Part shown: positions 1 to 9,737 of the stretch, piece by piece | Numbering within the stretch: the stretch's first letter is position 1 | Layout of the letters: every line of letters starts with the position of its first letter | Source: an uncultured Anaerolineaceae bacterium | GTDB lineage: Bacteria; Chloroflexota; Anaerolineae; Anaerolineales; E44-bin32 | Reading direction: 5' to 3' | Length of the DNA: 64,000 nt | Assembly: GCA_964591485.1 (NCBI GenBank) | Contig: CAZQDE010000009.1 | Coordinates: forward strand, 19-64,018 | Translations under genes and position numbers: made by a program | The notes under the pieces: generated by a model | What the model was told of the DNA's origin: nothing | Database searches by the model: none | The model's input: only the letters and a program-made list of their open reading frames with translations

Positions 1-2
1 TC

Positions 3-635
3 GAGCCCATTCTCCTGCGGGACAAGGCCTGCTGTGGCCGTCCGGCAGTCTCGAAGGGCCTGCTGGACCAAGCCCGGGAGCTTGCCGCATACAACCTGCG
101 GTTGCTGGCGCCCTACGCCCGCGAGCGGATTCCCATCGTCGGCTGTGAGCCAAGCTGTCTGACGATGCTGGTCGATGAGTACCGAGAGTTCTTCCCCGGC
201 GACCTAGCCGAGCAGGTCGCATCGCAGGTCCTGCCTCTGGAAAGCTTTCTCTGGCAACAGGTTCAATCGGGCGAAATCACGCTTCCGTTTCAAGCCCGTC
301 CGATGAAGCTCCTCTATCACGGGCATTGCCAGCAGAAGGCCACTTTCGGGACAGAGGATACCCTCGCCCTGCTGGGGCTGATCCCAGGCTGTGAGGTCGA
401 GAGCATAGAAGCTGGCTGCTGCGGCATGGCGGGGTCCTTTGGGTACGAGAGCGAGCACTACGAGCTTTCGATCCAAATCGCCGAGCTTTCACTCGCGCCC
501 GCCATTCGCGCCGCTCCTGCAGAGGCCGTCATCTGCGCCTCTGGCACCTCATGCCGGGAGCAGATCGCCCATGTTACCGGCCGGCAAGCCCTCCACCCTC
601 TGGAGGTGCTTACCCAGGCGCTCTCGCCTGCATAG
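3..635 (+). CDS. FAD/Fe-S oxidoreductase (GlpC/CCG-domain), 5'-truncated by window edge
   Basis: Frame is open from base 3. Motifs ACCGRP, VGCEPSC, YHGHCQQKA and GCCGMAGSFGYE are cysteine-rich CCG-domain signatures. Confidence 0.85.
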   Translation, partial: EPILLRDKACCGRPAVSKGLLDQARELAAYNLRLLAPYARERIPIVGCEPSCLTMLVDEYREFFPGDLAEQVASQVLPLESFLWQQVQSGEITLPFQARPMKLLYHGHCQQKATFGTEDTLALLGLIPGCEVESIEAGCCGMAGSFGYESEHYELSIQIAELSLAPAIRAAPAEAVICASGTSCREQIAHVTGRQALHPLEVLTQALSPA

Positions 636-703
636 GTGCAAGGGGGGACACAAATTGGCCGCCGCAAGGATATAATCCACGAAGTCCTGCCGGAGATACC
701 TCT

Positions 704-1747
704 GTGGAACCTTACCCGATCGCACTGCTTGGCTTCGGCAACGTGGGCCGCGCCTTCGCCAGGCTGCTGCTTGAGAAGCGCCCTGAGCTCCAGCAACGGT
801 ATGGCCTGGATGTGCGCGTGGTTGGCATCATGACTGCCCGGCATGGCGCGGCCATCGACTCGGGCGGAATCGACCTGGAGAAGGCCTGCCACCTCGCGGA
901 ACATGGGGGCAGCCTTGGCGAACTCTCTCGCCAATCCCAACCAAAGGACAATCTTGCCTTCATCCAGTCTTGTGGGGCGCAGGCGCTTTTTGAGAACACG
1001 CCCGTCGACTACGCCAGCGGCCAGCCAGCCGTCACGCACCTTCAGACCGCACTCGAAACTGGCATGCATGCCATCACTGCCAACAAAGGCCCTGTGGTCC
1101 ACGCCTATCGCCGGCTGCGCGAGCTGGCGGCCCGTCACAGGTTACGATTCCTCTTCGAAGCAACGGTCATGGATGGCGCGCCCGTCTTCTCCCTTTGGCG
1201 CGAGACTCTGCCGGCCGCTCAGTTGAGCGCCTTCCGGGGCATCCTAAACTCCACCACCAACCTGATCCTCAGCCTGATGGAGGATGGCCTGAGCTTTGAA
1301 GAGGCACTCGGCCAGGCTCAAGCCACGGGCATCGCCGAGACAGATCCCTCCGGGGATCTCGAAGGGTGGGACGCGGCCGTGAAAGTCGCCGCCCTGACTA
1401 CGGTCCTCATGGATCAACCCCTGGATCCATCCCGGATCCAGCGGCAAGGCATCACAGAGCTCACCCGGGAAGACCTCTCCAGAGCGCGCCAGCAGGGCGC
1501 GAGGTGGAAACTGCTGTGCCGGGCCGAGCGAACTTCGGAAGGGATCCAGGCCTCCGTCCGGCCGGCCTTGGTCTACGCGAATGATCCGCTATACCATGTG
1601 AGCGGGACTTCCTCCGCCATCACCTTTCAGAGCGATGTGCTCGGCGATCTCACCTTGCTCGAGATTGACCCGGGGCCGGAGACGACCGCATACGGCCTGC
1701 TGGCTGACTTCTTGCGCGCCGCACGCCCGGAGCGCTTCACTGCCTGA
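704..1747 (+). CDS. hom: Homoserine dehydrogenase
   Basis: GFGNVG NAD-binding motif, ITANKGP, FEATVMDG, GILNSTTN and AETDPSGDLEGWDAAVK. GTG start at 704 follows GGAG; TATAAT at 671-676. Confidence 0.9.
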   Translation: MEPYPIALLGFGNVGRAFARLLLEKRPELQQRYGLDVRVVGIMTARHGAAIDSGGIDLEKACHLAEHGGSLGELSRQSQPKDNLAFIQSCGAQALFENTPVDYASGQPAVTHLQTALETGMHAITANKGPVVHAYRRLRELAARHRLRFLFEATVMDGAPVFSLWRETLPAAQLSAFRGILNSTTNLILSLMEDGLSFEEALGQAQATGIAETDPSGDLEGWDAAVKVAALTTVLMDQPLDPSRIQRQGITELTREDLSRARQQGARWKLLCRAERTSEGIQASVRPALVYANDPLYHVSGTSSAITFQSDVLGDLTLLEIDPGPETTAYGLLADFLRAARPERFTA

Positions 1748-1836
1748 AAGCTACTGCATGCAGGGCCGCAGGATAGCCCGACCGCTTCAAGAGCATTCGG
1801 AGTGAAGGCTGCATACGCTAGGAAAGAAGCGACAGC

Positions 1837-2105
1837 ATGGAGCACAACCCCTTCACCGCCCTGCTGCTCATCTCGCCTTGGCGCTGATCATGCCCATCTT
1901 CTTTATCATGGCGGGCACGGATCTCAATCTGTGGGCGTTGCGGAAGATCCGCTTACGGGGCGATGCGCTCATACTCTGCCTTCATTGGGACGGTGAGACG
2001 GTCGTCCCCCATGCCGACCACATCCTCGAGCTTGGCGACCGCCTCGGGCTCATAGGAAGCCCTCTAGCGCTGGAACAGGCCGAGGCGCTCCTTTTGGCAG
2101 GATAG
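1837..2105 (+). pseudogene. Remnant of CPA2 cation:proton antiporter with TrkA-C domain
   Basis: MEHNPFTALLLIS, then a frameshift near 1876, then LALIMPIFFIMAGTDLNLWAL, then a TrkA-C-like tail (GETVVPHADHILELGDRLGLIG). About 90 codons, far shorter than the family. Confidence 0.6.
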
Positions 2106-2174
2106 GGGCAAGCCGCGCTGCTTGGGTGTGGTCGCAGCGGGGATTTAAGCGACACTGTTGAGAGGAGGGGTGCA

Positions 2175-2792
2175 ATGCCAACCAGCATTCAAGCTGTGAT
2201 CATCGACCTGGGGGGAGTCATCCTGCGGACGGAAGACCCCAAGCCTCGCGAGCGCTGGGAGCAGCGCCTGGGACTCCCGGAAGGTGCGCTTCACGACCTC
2301 GTCTTCGGGAGCGAGGCCAGCCTTCAGGCAACCCTGGGCAAAGCCACCGCGGAGGCCATCTGGCAGAGCGTGGCCGATCGTTTGAGCCTCTCCGACGAAG
2401 ACCTGGAAGTGCTTAAGAACGATTTCTGGGCCGGCGACCGGATCGACGATCAATTGATTGCCCGCCTGCGCACCCTGAGGCAGGGATACCAGACCGCCCT
2501 GCTATCGAATGCCTGGCCGTCAACCCGCACGGCGCTCGAAAATCATTGGGGCATCGCGGACGCCTTTGATCTCATTGTGTTATCGGCAGAGCTTGGCCTG
2601 GCCAAACCCGATCCCCGCATCTATCAGATGACGCTTTCTCAGCTGGGCTCGCCGCCTGAACGAGCGCTGTTTATCGACGACATGGCTCGCAACATCGAGG
2701 CCGCCCGCAAGCTGGGAATGCAGACCCTGCACTTCCGGGAACCCGAGAAAGCTTATCGGCGCCTCGATGCCTTGCTCGCCGGTCGGACCTGA
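2175..2792 (+). CDS. HAD-family phosphatase
   Basis: IIDLGGV (motif I), LLSN (II), AKPDPRIY (III), LFIDD (IV); SD GGAGG upstream. Confidence 0.9.
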   Translation: MPTSIQAVIIDLGGVILRTEDPKPRERWEQRLGLPEGALHDLVFGSEASLQATLGKATAEAIWQSVADRLSLSDEDLEVLKNDFWAGDRIDDQLIARLRTLRQGYQTALLSNAWPSTRTALENHWGIADAFDLIVLSAELGLAKPDPRIYQMTLSQLGSPPERALFIDDMARNIEAARKLGMQTLHFREPEKAYRRLDALLAGRT

Positions 2793-2956
2793 TCCGCGCT
2801 CATGGAGACAGATCGGCTATCCTGATGACAGACGCCATCCTGACCGGATTGCTTTTTTCCGACCTTCATGCCAAAATGGCGACCCTCGCCAGCCGAACCG
2901 CATGCATATGACGGTCATCGATCACAGCCTCAAGGGGGATTGACCCAAGCGACACC

Positions 2957-4225
2957 ATGGACAAGCCAACGATACGATCACTACTTACCAAGGACCTGAT
3001 TCTCTTCCTCGTCGGATTGACATTCGCGGAAGCTACCCGGGCCATGACCACTGTGCAGATCCCCGTCTTTCTGCGCGAGATCGGCGCCTCGGTCGGGGAA
3101 GTCGGGCTTTTCTTCACCATTTCGATGATCCTGCCCATTGTTCTGCGGGTCTGGGGAGGCTGGTTCTCGGATGTCACCGGCCGGTTGCGGACGATCTGGC
3201 TGGGAAGTCTGGCCGGCGTGCTGGCCTACATCCCCTATGCGCTGGCGCACCGCTGGGAAATCGCCCTGCTGGGCCCGGCGCTTCTCGCCATCGCCACAGC
3301 GCTCATCTACCCCTCCTACCAGAGCTACATCGCCGACACTATCCCTGAAAGCGCACGTGGCCGCGTATATGGCATGGGTCGGACATTTCTTAATGTGGCC
3401 TGGATCCTCGCGCCACCGGCCGGCGGCTACCTGGCGGAGCATTTTGGCACCCGATCGATGTTCCTAACTGCTTTTCTGCTCTATCTCATAGCCTCCATCA
3501 TCTTCTTCTTTCTGCACCGGCGATCGGCCGCGCCCGACTCGGGCGCATCCCCCAGGAAAGCCAACTGGAGCTCGCTCTCGAAGTCTTTCCGCGAGATCAT
3601 GCCCATCGCCTTCGCCGGCGGCTTGTTGACCTGGATCCTCGTCGCGGAGGGGATCAAGGAATTCTCGCTGAGGCTTTCCTTTGACCTGATGCCGGTATAC
3701 CTGAGCGATATCGCCGGCATCAGCAAGCAAGGTATCGGCTGGATGGATGGCCTGCATGGAATTGCCTGGGTGCTGGCCAGCCCCATCGGCGGCTGGTTCT
3801 CTGACCGCACCAGTGAGCGCCATGGTTTTACCTTCGGACTGATCCTCACGCTCTCCATGCCCCTCATCTTCGCCCTCTCCGCAGGCTTCTGGGGTTTCGC
3901 TCTCTCGTGGATCTTGTTAGGCATCGGGGGCGCATTCCTTGATCCGGCCTACAATGCGTTGGTGGCACGCGGCACGCCCTCGCACCTGCGGGGCATAGCC
4001 TACGCGCTTATCGCCACGCTGGTCGGCATCATTGCCCTACCTTCGCCATGGATTGGTAGCCGCATGTGGGAGGCCCTCGGCCCGCAGATACCCTTCTTCT
4101 TCAGCTTCGGCCTGGGCAGCCTGGCTCTCCTCCCAGCCTGGTTCCGGCTCAGGATCAAGCAGACCGAGAGCGGACCTTTGCCCGCAGCGGCGGGGACGGG
4201 CGGGGATCCCTTGAGAACAGAGTAG
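2957..4225 (+). CDS. MFS transporter
   Basis: About 12 hydrophobic segments; MFS motif-A-like GGWFSDVTGR and GGWFSDRTSER in the two halves. Confidence 0.88.
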   Translation: MDKPTIRSLLTKDLILFLVGLTFAEATRAMTTVQIPVFLREIGASVGEVGLFFTISMILPIVLRVWGGWFSDVTGRLRTIWLGSLAGVLAYIPYALAHRWEIALLGPALLAIATALIYPSYQSYIADTIPESARGRVYGMGRTFLNVAWILAPPAGGYLAEHFGTRSMFLTAFLLYLIASIIFFFLHRRSAAPDSGASPRKANWSSLSKSFREIMPIAFAGGLLTWILVAEGIKEFSLRLSFDLMPVYLSDIAGISKQGIGWMDGLHGIAWVLASPIGGWFSDRTSERHGFTFGLILTLSMPLIFALSAGFWGFALSWILLGIGGAFLDPAYNALVARGTPSHLRGIAYALIATLVGIIALPSPWIGSRMWEALGPQIPFFFSFGLGSLALLPAWFRLRIKQTESGPLPAAAGTGGDPLRTE

Positions 4226-4286
4226 GGCCCGGCCAGAAGGACTGTTCGCGGGTTGCACTCTGAACTCCATCAACCGAATTCGAACT

Positions 4287-4499
4287 AAAAGGGGCGAGCC
4301 CCCTGCCATCCGCCGGGCGGCCGGCACTGCCGCTCTTGCCGGAGGGGTCCCGCCGGTTGTGCCGCAGCGAAAGGGCGTTCCTCCAGTCGGTCGGCGCTTT
4401 CCTCCGAACCTACCTCGTAGAGGGAGATCCGGGGGATTTGCCGGAGGTTGCCGCGGCCCTTTGGGACTTGCAGCCCATTGGTGGCCTGGGGCTCTTGAT
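4287..4499 (-). ncRNA. Probable structured ncRNA of ~200 nt (6S RNA candidate)
   Basis: Upstream promoter, end-to-end pairing (GAGCCCC 4494-4488 with GGGGCTC 4302-4296), several nested internal helices, and a terminal GGGG-CTCG-CCCC-TTTT. No credible protein is encoded. Confidence 0.55.
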
Positions 4500-4505
4500 A
4501 CTTCC

Positions 4506-4535
4506 ACTTTAATACCCCCATAGGAGGCGAGTCAA
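4506..4535 (-). promoter_or_regulatory. Sigma70-type promoter of the candidate ncRNA
   Basis: TTGACT (4535-4530), 18-nt spacer, TAAAGT (4511-4506); an AT-rich UP-like tract lies near 4548-4557. Confidence 0.6.
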
Positions 4536-4697
4536 TCAGCGTTCGGCTTAAAAAATTCGGCCCCGAAGTGAGTGCAGATCCAGAATTGGGCTATAATCGC
4601 AGCACTCGCCGACGGAAGGGGCAGCCGCCTCCTAGGCAATCCCATCTCGAACCTTTAGCCAACCTTCCCCGGTCTTCCTGTACTGGAGCAGCTCGCG

Positions 4698-5612
4698 ATG
4701 ACCCAACGAGTTAAGCTGATCTTTAACCCCCATGCCGACCGGGGCAGATCCTGGGAATTGGCATCCTCGCTTCAGCCCATCCTTAAGCGCTGGGGCGGCG
4801 CCTCCTGGTCGGCCACCGAATATCCGACCCATGCTACCGAGTTGGCCGAAGCGGCCGGCCGTGAGGGCTACGAGATCGTCGCCGCGCTCGGGGGCGACGG
4901 AACCGTCCACGAGGTGATCAACGGCCTCATGCGCATCCCGAAGAAACAGCGCCCAGCCTTGGCCGCAGTGCCGATCGGCTCGGGTAATGATTTCTGTTCC
5001 AATGTGGGCATACCACGAGAGATCGAGCGTGCGATGGAGCAGGTATTCAACGGCGAGCCCCGTCCGATCGATCTCGCCGAAGTGCGCGATGGCTCCGGCC
5101 GCATCGAATATTGGGACAACACGTTGGGCATCGGCTTCGATGCCTCCGTCACAATCCACTCCTATCAGATTACCCGCCTGCAGGGGTTCACCATGTACTT
5201 GTGGGCCGTGATTCAAACCATTATCCGCAATCATGACGCGCCAAAGATGGTGATCCGGACCGACGAGGAGGAGTTCGAACAAGAGGTGCTGATGTTCGTG
5301 GCCTGCAACGGGCCTCGGGAAGGCGGCGGCTTCCACGTCGCGCCCGATGCCGTTCCCGACGACGGGTTGCTGCACTACGCCATGATCCAACGCGTGTCGC
5401 GTCCCATGATGTTCCGATTGATCCCCGAGGTGATGAACGGAACCCACGGACGCTTTCCCGCCGTGCGTATGGGCCAATTCAAGGAGTTGCACTTAACTTC
5501 CGAGCGCCCGGTGACGGTGCACACCGATGGGGAAATCTTTGCTGGATTCTCCTCCGACGTCACCGAACTCGACATCCGCGTGCTTCCAGGCGAGATTAGC
5601 CTCATCGCCTAG
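4698..5612 (+). CDS. Diacylglycerol kinase family lipid kinase (YegS/BmrU-like)
   Basis: IFNPHA, GGDGTVHEVING, PIGSGNDF and NGPREGGG motifs; TATAAT at 4592-4597. Confidence 0.9.
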   Translation: MTQRVKLIFNPHADRGRSWELASSLQPILKRWGGASWSATEYPTHATELAEAAGREGYEIVAALGGDGTVHEVINGLMRIPKKQRPALAAVPIGSGNDFCSNVGIPREIERAMEQVFNGEPRPIDLAEVRDGSGRIEYWDNTLGIGFDASVTIHSYQITRLQGFTMYLWAVIQTIIRNHDAPKMVIRTDEEEFEQEVLMFVACNGPREGGGFHVAPDAVPDDGLLHYAMIQRVSRPMMFRLIPEVMNGTHGRFPAVRMGQFKELHLTSERPVTVHTDGEIFAGFSSDVTELDIRVLPGEISLIA

Positions 5613-5653
5613 GGAGAAAGCCCAGAGGAGTCCACCCGGCCTCGCCCCTTGCC

Positions 5654-7333
5654 ATGCGAACGCTTGCCGAATGTCTCCGGGACCGGGATGCGGGTTTTCT
5701 GCAGATCGTGGCAGAGCTTTGGGGCATCGATCTTCCTTCCGGCCCCGCCAATCAGGCCGCATCGGCCTTGGCAGGAATGCTGAGCCAGTCTCCATGGCTC
5801 GAGGAGTGCATCTCGTCGCTCCCTGCGCAGGCCAGGGAAGCGCTCGATCATCTGCTTCAGCAGGGCGGTCGGACGCCCATGGCGGACTTTGAGCGCCGTT
5901 ACGGCCCGCTGCGGGCCATGGGTCCTGGCAAGCGGGACCGCCAGAAACCGTGGCGCAACCCGGCATCTGCCACCGAGGCGCTCTGGTACCGGGCCTTGAT
6001 TGATCGCGCCTTCTTCGACACGCCAAAGGGCCCTCAGGAATTTGCCTATATCCCCGAAGACCTGCATGCCGCATTGCAACCGCATACCACCTCCCCCAAG
6101 GCCCCTCTCGGCCAAGCATGCCCCCCACCGGCCCGTCCAGCCCTGGCAGATAGCCGCATCGTGGACGATGCCACCACACTGCTCGCTGCCTTGCGGGCCC
6201 GCCCCGCAGCGCAGGAAAGCCTCCCCCCTGAGCGCATGGCGGCGCTGCGATCTCATCTCCACCATCCTGAAGCGCTGGATATGCTGCTGGCCTTGCTTCT
6301 GGAAGCTCGGATGCTCCAGCCAAAGCCGCTCAAGCCGGCTCCCGAGGCGGCGGCCGCGTTCCTAGAAGCGCCAGATGGCCAAGCGCTCGCGGGCCTCCTG
6401 AGAAGCTGGCTGGGATCCCGGCGATGGAATGACATGGCCGCAGTGCCTCATTTGCGACCAGGCGGGTCGAAGTGGCCGAACGATCCGCTTCTTTCGCGCC
6501 AGGCTGCGTTGGCGTTGCTGGAAACCATTCCGCCCGGTGAATGGTGGAACCTAGAAAGCTTCATTGCAGAGGTTAAGGCGCGGGAGCCCTCCTTCCAGCG
6601 CCCCGGGGGAGATTTCGAATCCTGGTATCTGCAGGATGCCGAGGGTGCATTCTTACGCGGCTTTGAACACTGGGATGAGGTCGAGGGCGCATTCCTGCGT
6701 TACCTCATTCAAGGCCCACTGCATTGGCTGGGCGCGGCTGACATCGGTCGTACGACTGAACAGGAACCCATCACGGCATTCCGGCTGGCATCACCCTGGC
6801 AGGTGTTGATTTCGCCCGAGGCCAAGATTGATCTCGAGCCGCGGCGTGGGCAGGTGACCCTGCGCGCCGATGGGAGCCTGCGGGTGTCCTATGATGCCCC
6901 ACGAGTTCTGCGCTACCAGCTTGCACGCATCAGCGACTGGGAGCCTCGCGACCGAGAGGGACTCTGCTATCGCCTGACACCGGCCTCTCTCCATCGAGCC
7001 TCGGATCAGGGACTCCGAGAGTACCATATTCTGCGGATTCTGGAGGAGGCGGGCGCTGGAGCCCTGCCGCCCTCACTCAAGCAGGCCATTTCTCGCTGGC
7101 ACTCCGCAGGGGTGGAAGCCCGCCTCGAGCGAAGCCTACTGCTGCGTGTCAAAGAGCCTTCGGCATTGACGATGCTCCAATCCCATCCTTCTACCCGTCG
7201 CTACCTGGGAGAAGCCCTCGGGCCGACTACCATTGCCATCCAGGAAAAGAATTGGCCGCAGCTTCGAGATGCCGCGGCTCGCCTCGGTTTGCTGATAGAT
7301 CCCCCCTCCAATGATTCGGAGGGGATTCCCTAG
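5654..7333 (+). CDS. Helicase-associated domain protein (XPB/Ssl2 N-terminal-like), no helicase motor
   Basis: C-terminal part resembles Helicase_C_3 (LRYQLARISDW...YRLTPASLHRA...LPPSL); no Walker A motif seen. Confidence 0.6.
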   Translation: MRTLAECLRDRDAGFLQIVAELWGIDLPSGPANQAASALAGMLSQSPWLEECISSLPAQAREALDHLLQQGGRTPMADFERRYGPLRAMGPGKRDRQKPWRNPASATEALWYRALIDRAFFDTPKGPQEFAYIPEDLHAALQPHTTSPKAPLGQACPPPARPALADSRIVDDATTLLAALRARPAAQESLPPERMAALRSHLHHPEALDMLLALLLEARMLQPKPLKPAPEAAAAFLEAPDGQALAGLLRSWLGSRRWNDMAAVPHLRPGGSKWPNDPLLSRQAALALLETIPPGEWWNLESFIAEVKAREPSFQRPGGDFESWYLQDAEGAFLRGFEHWDEVEGAFLRYLIQGPLHWLGAADIGRTTEQEPITAFRLASPWQVLISPEAKIDLEPRRGQVTLRADGSLRVSYDAPRVLRYQLARISDWEPRDREGLCYRLTPASLHRASDQGLREYHILRILEEAGAGALPPSLKQAISRWHSAGVEARLERSLLLRVKEPSALTMLQSHPSTRRYLGEALGPTTIAIQEKNWPQLRDAAARLGLLIDPPSNDSEGIP

Positions 7334-7381
7334 CACGCGTCTACCCTCGCCCCTCGAATTCGAGGCCTGGGAAGACACCCT

Positions 7382-7756
7382 TTAGCCGTGGGCGGCCACG
7401 GCTCTCTCGATGGCTCCCTCCAGTTCTTCCACCGTGACCGGCTTGAACACGAAGGCATCTGCACCCAGCTTCATGGCCTCATCCACCTGCAAATCGGTCG
7501 TCTCCGATGAGAGCATCACAATGGGAACATCCCGGGTTTCCTGGCGCCTGCGCACGAACTCCAGCAAGTCGATGCCGCTGACTTCGGGCATGTTGATATC
7601 CAGGATCATCACATCTGGCCGGCCGCCGGCCATCAATTGCCTCGCCGCGCTGCGCGCATCGCGATAGATAACCGCCTCGCAATCCAGCAGTTGAAGCATC
7701 AGTTTCACGGCATGGCTCATCTCATCATCGTCATCGACAATCCAGACCGCTCGCAT
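7382..7756 (-). CDS. Single-domain response regulator (CheY-like)
   Basis: VWIVDDD, ILDINMPEVSG, MLSS and FKP; starts 2 bp after the uvrC stop. Confidence 0.92.
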   Translation of the reverse strand: MRAVWIVDDDDEMSHAVKLMLQLLDCEAVIYRDARSAARQLMAGGRPDVMILDINMPEVSGIDLLEFVRRRQETRDVPIVMLSSETTDLQVDEAMKLGADAFVFKPVTVEELEGAIERAVAAHG

Positions 7757-7758
7757 GC

Positions 7759-9633
7759 TCAGCCTCCGTGCTCGCCCAGAGTTTCCTTGATGCGCAGTGC
7801 GAGATTCTCGCTGATTCCAGGTAAGGCGGCGATATCCTCTACCCGGGCCTGGCTGATGGCCTCCAAGCTTCCAAAGTGCTGCAAAAGCGCTTTCCGCCGT
7901 GCCGGGCCAACCCCCTTCACCTGATCCAACCGGGATGCCAAGCCGGTCCGCCGGCGCTGGCGCTGGTGCTGCTGAAGCGCAAAGCGATGGGCCTCATCCC
8001 GGATGCGTTGCACCAAGTATAACCCCTCCGAGCGGCGCGGCAGCCCAAGCGGCGCCGCGCGCCCGGGGAGAAAAAGCTCCTCATGCGATTTGGCCAGACC
8101 GACCGCCAGCACCCGCTCACCCAACCCATATCTTTTCAGCACCTCCAGGGCCCTTCCAAGCTGGCCGCGCCCACCATCGACGATCAGCAAGTCTGGCAAG
8201 GCGCCGAAGGCCCGGTCCAGCTTCCCTCCAGGCTTCTTCGCCTCCTCCATGGCAATCTCCCAGCGCCGGAAGCGTCGATGCAACACCTCCTCCATGCTTG
8301 CGAAGTCATCCTGGCCTTCCACGCTGCGGATCGTGAAGCGGCGATAGAGGGCCTTGCTTGCGGCTCCTTGTTCGAAGACCACCATGGAGCCTGCAGCCGC
8401 CGTGCCCTGCAGATTGGAGATATCGTAGCATTCAATGCGATTGGGGGGTTCTTTGAGCTCCAGCGCTTTCTGCAGCTCAGCCAGCGCCTGGACGTGCTTG
8501 CTGCGGTCGGCCTTCCATTGCGCCCGCAGAGATGCCAGTGTCTCAGCCGCGTTCTCGGCCGCCATGCGCACCAGGGCCCGCTTCGGCCCCCGTCGAGGGA
8601 CCACCAGCTTGACCTTCTTGCCGCCTCGCCGACTCTCGAGCCAGGATTCGATGATCCTGGCCTCCTGCACCTCGATCGGCAGCAGCAGCCGCGGCGGGAC
8701 GGTCGTGGCCTCGGCATAGAACTGCTTCACGAAGGCCTCAACCAATTCTCGATCACCCGCCTCGTGGGCCCCGTCCAACACGAAATATTCGCGCCCGATC
8801 AACCTCCCGCCCCGAATGAAGAAGACCTGCACACAGGCGCTCTCGTCATCGCGTGCGAAGGCGATGACATCCGAATCCACTCGATCCTGAGAGACAATCT
8901 TCTGGCCTTCGACCACCTTCTCGATAGCCAAGATTTGGTCCCGCAGGGCCGCAGCACGCTCAAACTCCAGCGCCTGCGAAGCCCGTGTCATCTCTTCCTT
9001 CAGCCGGTCCAGGATGGGCTCCGTGCGGCCCTGCAGGAACCGGCAAAGATCCTCGATCATGGCTCGATAGGCCTCGCGGCTGACCTTGCCGATGCAAGGC
9101 GCAAGGCAAAGACAGATGTCGTAGTAGAGGCAGGCCCGGGGATCTTCCCCCGTGATGACGCGGCTGCAAGTGAGGTAGGGGAAGATCTTGCGCAGCACAT
9201 CCAGCGTCCGGTGAACGGCCCATACGCTGGTGTATGGGCCGAAATAGCGCGAGCCGTCCTGCCGCATCCGGCGCGTTACCGTCACCTTGGGGAAAGGATC
9301 CTGCCAGTGAACCTTGATGTAAGGATAGCGCTTGTCATCCTTTAGGCGAACATTGTATTTGGGGCGGTGTTGCTTGATTAAGTTCATCTCGAGGATGAGC
9401 GCCTCGAGTTCAGACCCCACCACGATCCACTCGATATCCGCCACCTTAGAGACCATCTCCTGCATGCGGGGAGTATGGGCAGCGGATTCATGGAAGTAGG
9501 AGCGCACCCGGTTTCGCAGATGGACTGCCTTGCCGACGTAGAGCACTCTGCCCTCGGCGTCCTTCATTAGATAGCAGCCGGGCTTTGCTGGGATGCCCTT
9601 GATGGTCGGGATGAGATGTTCAGGCACGGCCAT
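7759..9633 (-). CDS. uvrC: Excinuclease ABC subunit C
   Basis: GIY-YIG region (YVGKAVHLRNRVRSYF), UVR domain (ALEFERAAALRD), RIECYDISN, LLIVDGGRGQL and C-terminal HhH (GVGP). Confidence 0.97.
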   Translation of the reverse strand: MAVPEHLIPTIKGIPAKPGCYLMKDAEGRVLYVGKAVHLRNRVRSYFHESAAHTPRMQEMVSKVADIEWIVVGSELEALILEMNLIKQHRPKYNVRLKDDKRYPYIKVHWQDPFPKVTVTRRMRQDGSRYFGPYTSVWAVHRTLDVLRKIFPYLTCSRVITGEDPRACLYYDICLCLAPCIGKVSREAYRAMIEDLCRFLQGRTEPILDRLKEEMTRASQALEFERAAALRDQILAIEKVVEGQKIVSQDRVDSDVIAFARDDESACVQVFFIRGGRLIGREYFVLDGAHEAGDRELVEAFVKQFYAEATTVPPRLLLPIEVQEARIIESWLESRRGGKKVKLVVPRRGPKRALVRMAAENAAETLASLRAQWKADRSKHVQALAELQKALELKEPPNRIECYDISNLQGTAAAGSMVVFEQGAASKALYRRFTIRSVEGQDDFASMEEVLHRRFRRWEIAMEEAKKPGGKLDRAFGALPDLLIVDGGRGQLGRALEVLKRYGLGERVLAVGLAKSHEELFLPGRAAPLGLPRRSEGLYLVQRIRDEAHRFALQQHQRQRRRTGLASRLDQVKGVGPARRKALLQHFGSLEAISQARVEDIAALPGISENLALRIKETLGEHGG

Positions 9634-9642
9634 GGCGATGGG

Positions 9643-9651
9643 ATTCTAGCA
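9643..9651 (-). promoter_or_regulatory. Extended -10 promoter of uvrC (probably leaderless)
   Basis: TGcTAGAAT ends 9 nt before the ATG at 9633; no SD. Confidence 0.55.
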
Positions 9652-9737
9652 TACGCGTCCGACAGCCGGCCTGTATGCCAGGCAATCCAATCCGGGGTTC
9701 CCAGTTTGCGGAAACATGGCAGTATAATCAACCAACT

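Noticed and set aside
551-703. Long N-terminal extensions in the ORF track (hom from 551; also 15153, 21275, 35043, 50489, 53005 and 59317)
   Set aside because: They overlap neighbouring genes or promoters. Internal starts match domain boundaries and SD sites.
4440-4500. SAM-I-like words (TATCAAGAG, GGCAACC) at the start of the candidate ncRNA
   Set aside because: The P2 kink-turn/pseudoknot, the GGTGC segment and the closing GATAA are missing, and there is no downstream co-oriented gene. RNase P, SRP, tmRNA and glmS signatures are also absent.
4285-4521. 78-aa ORF over the candidate ncRNA
   Set aside because: It starts inside the promoter spacer, has no SD, and its composition is not protein-like.
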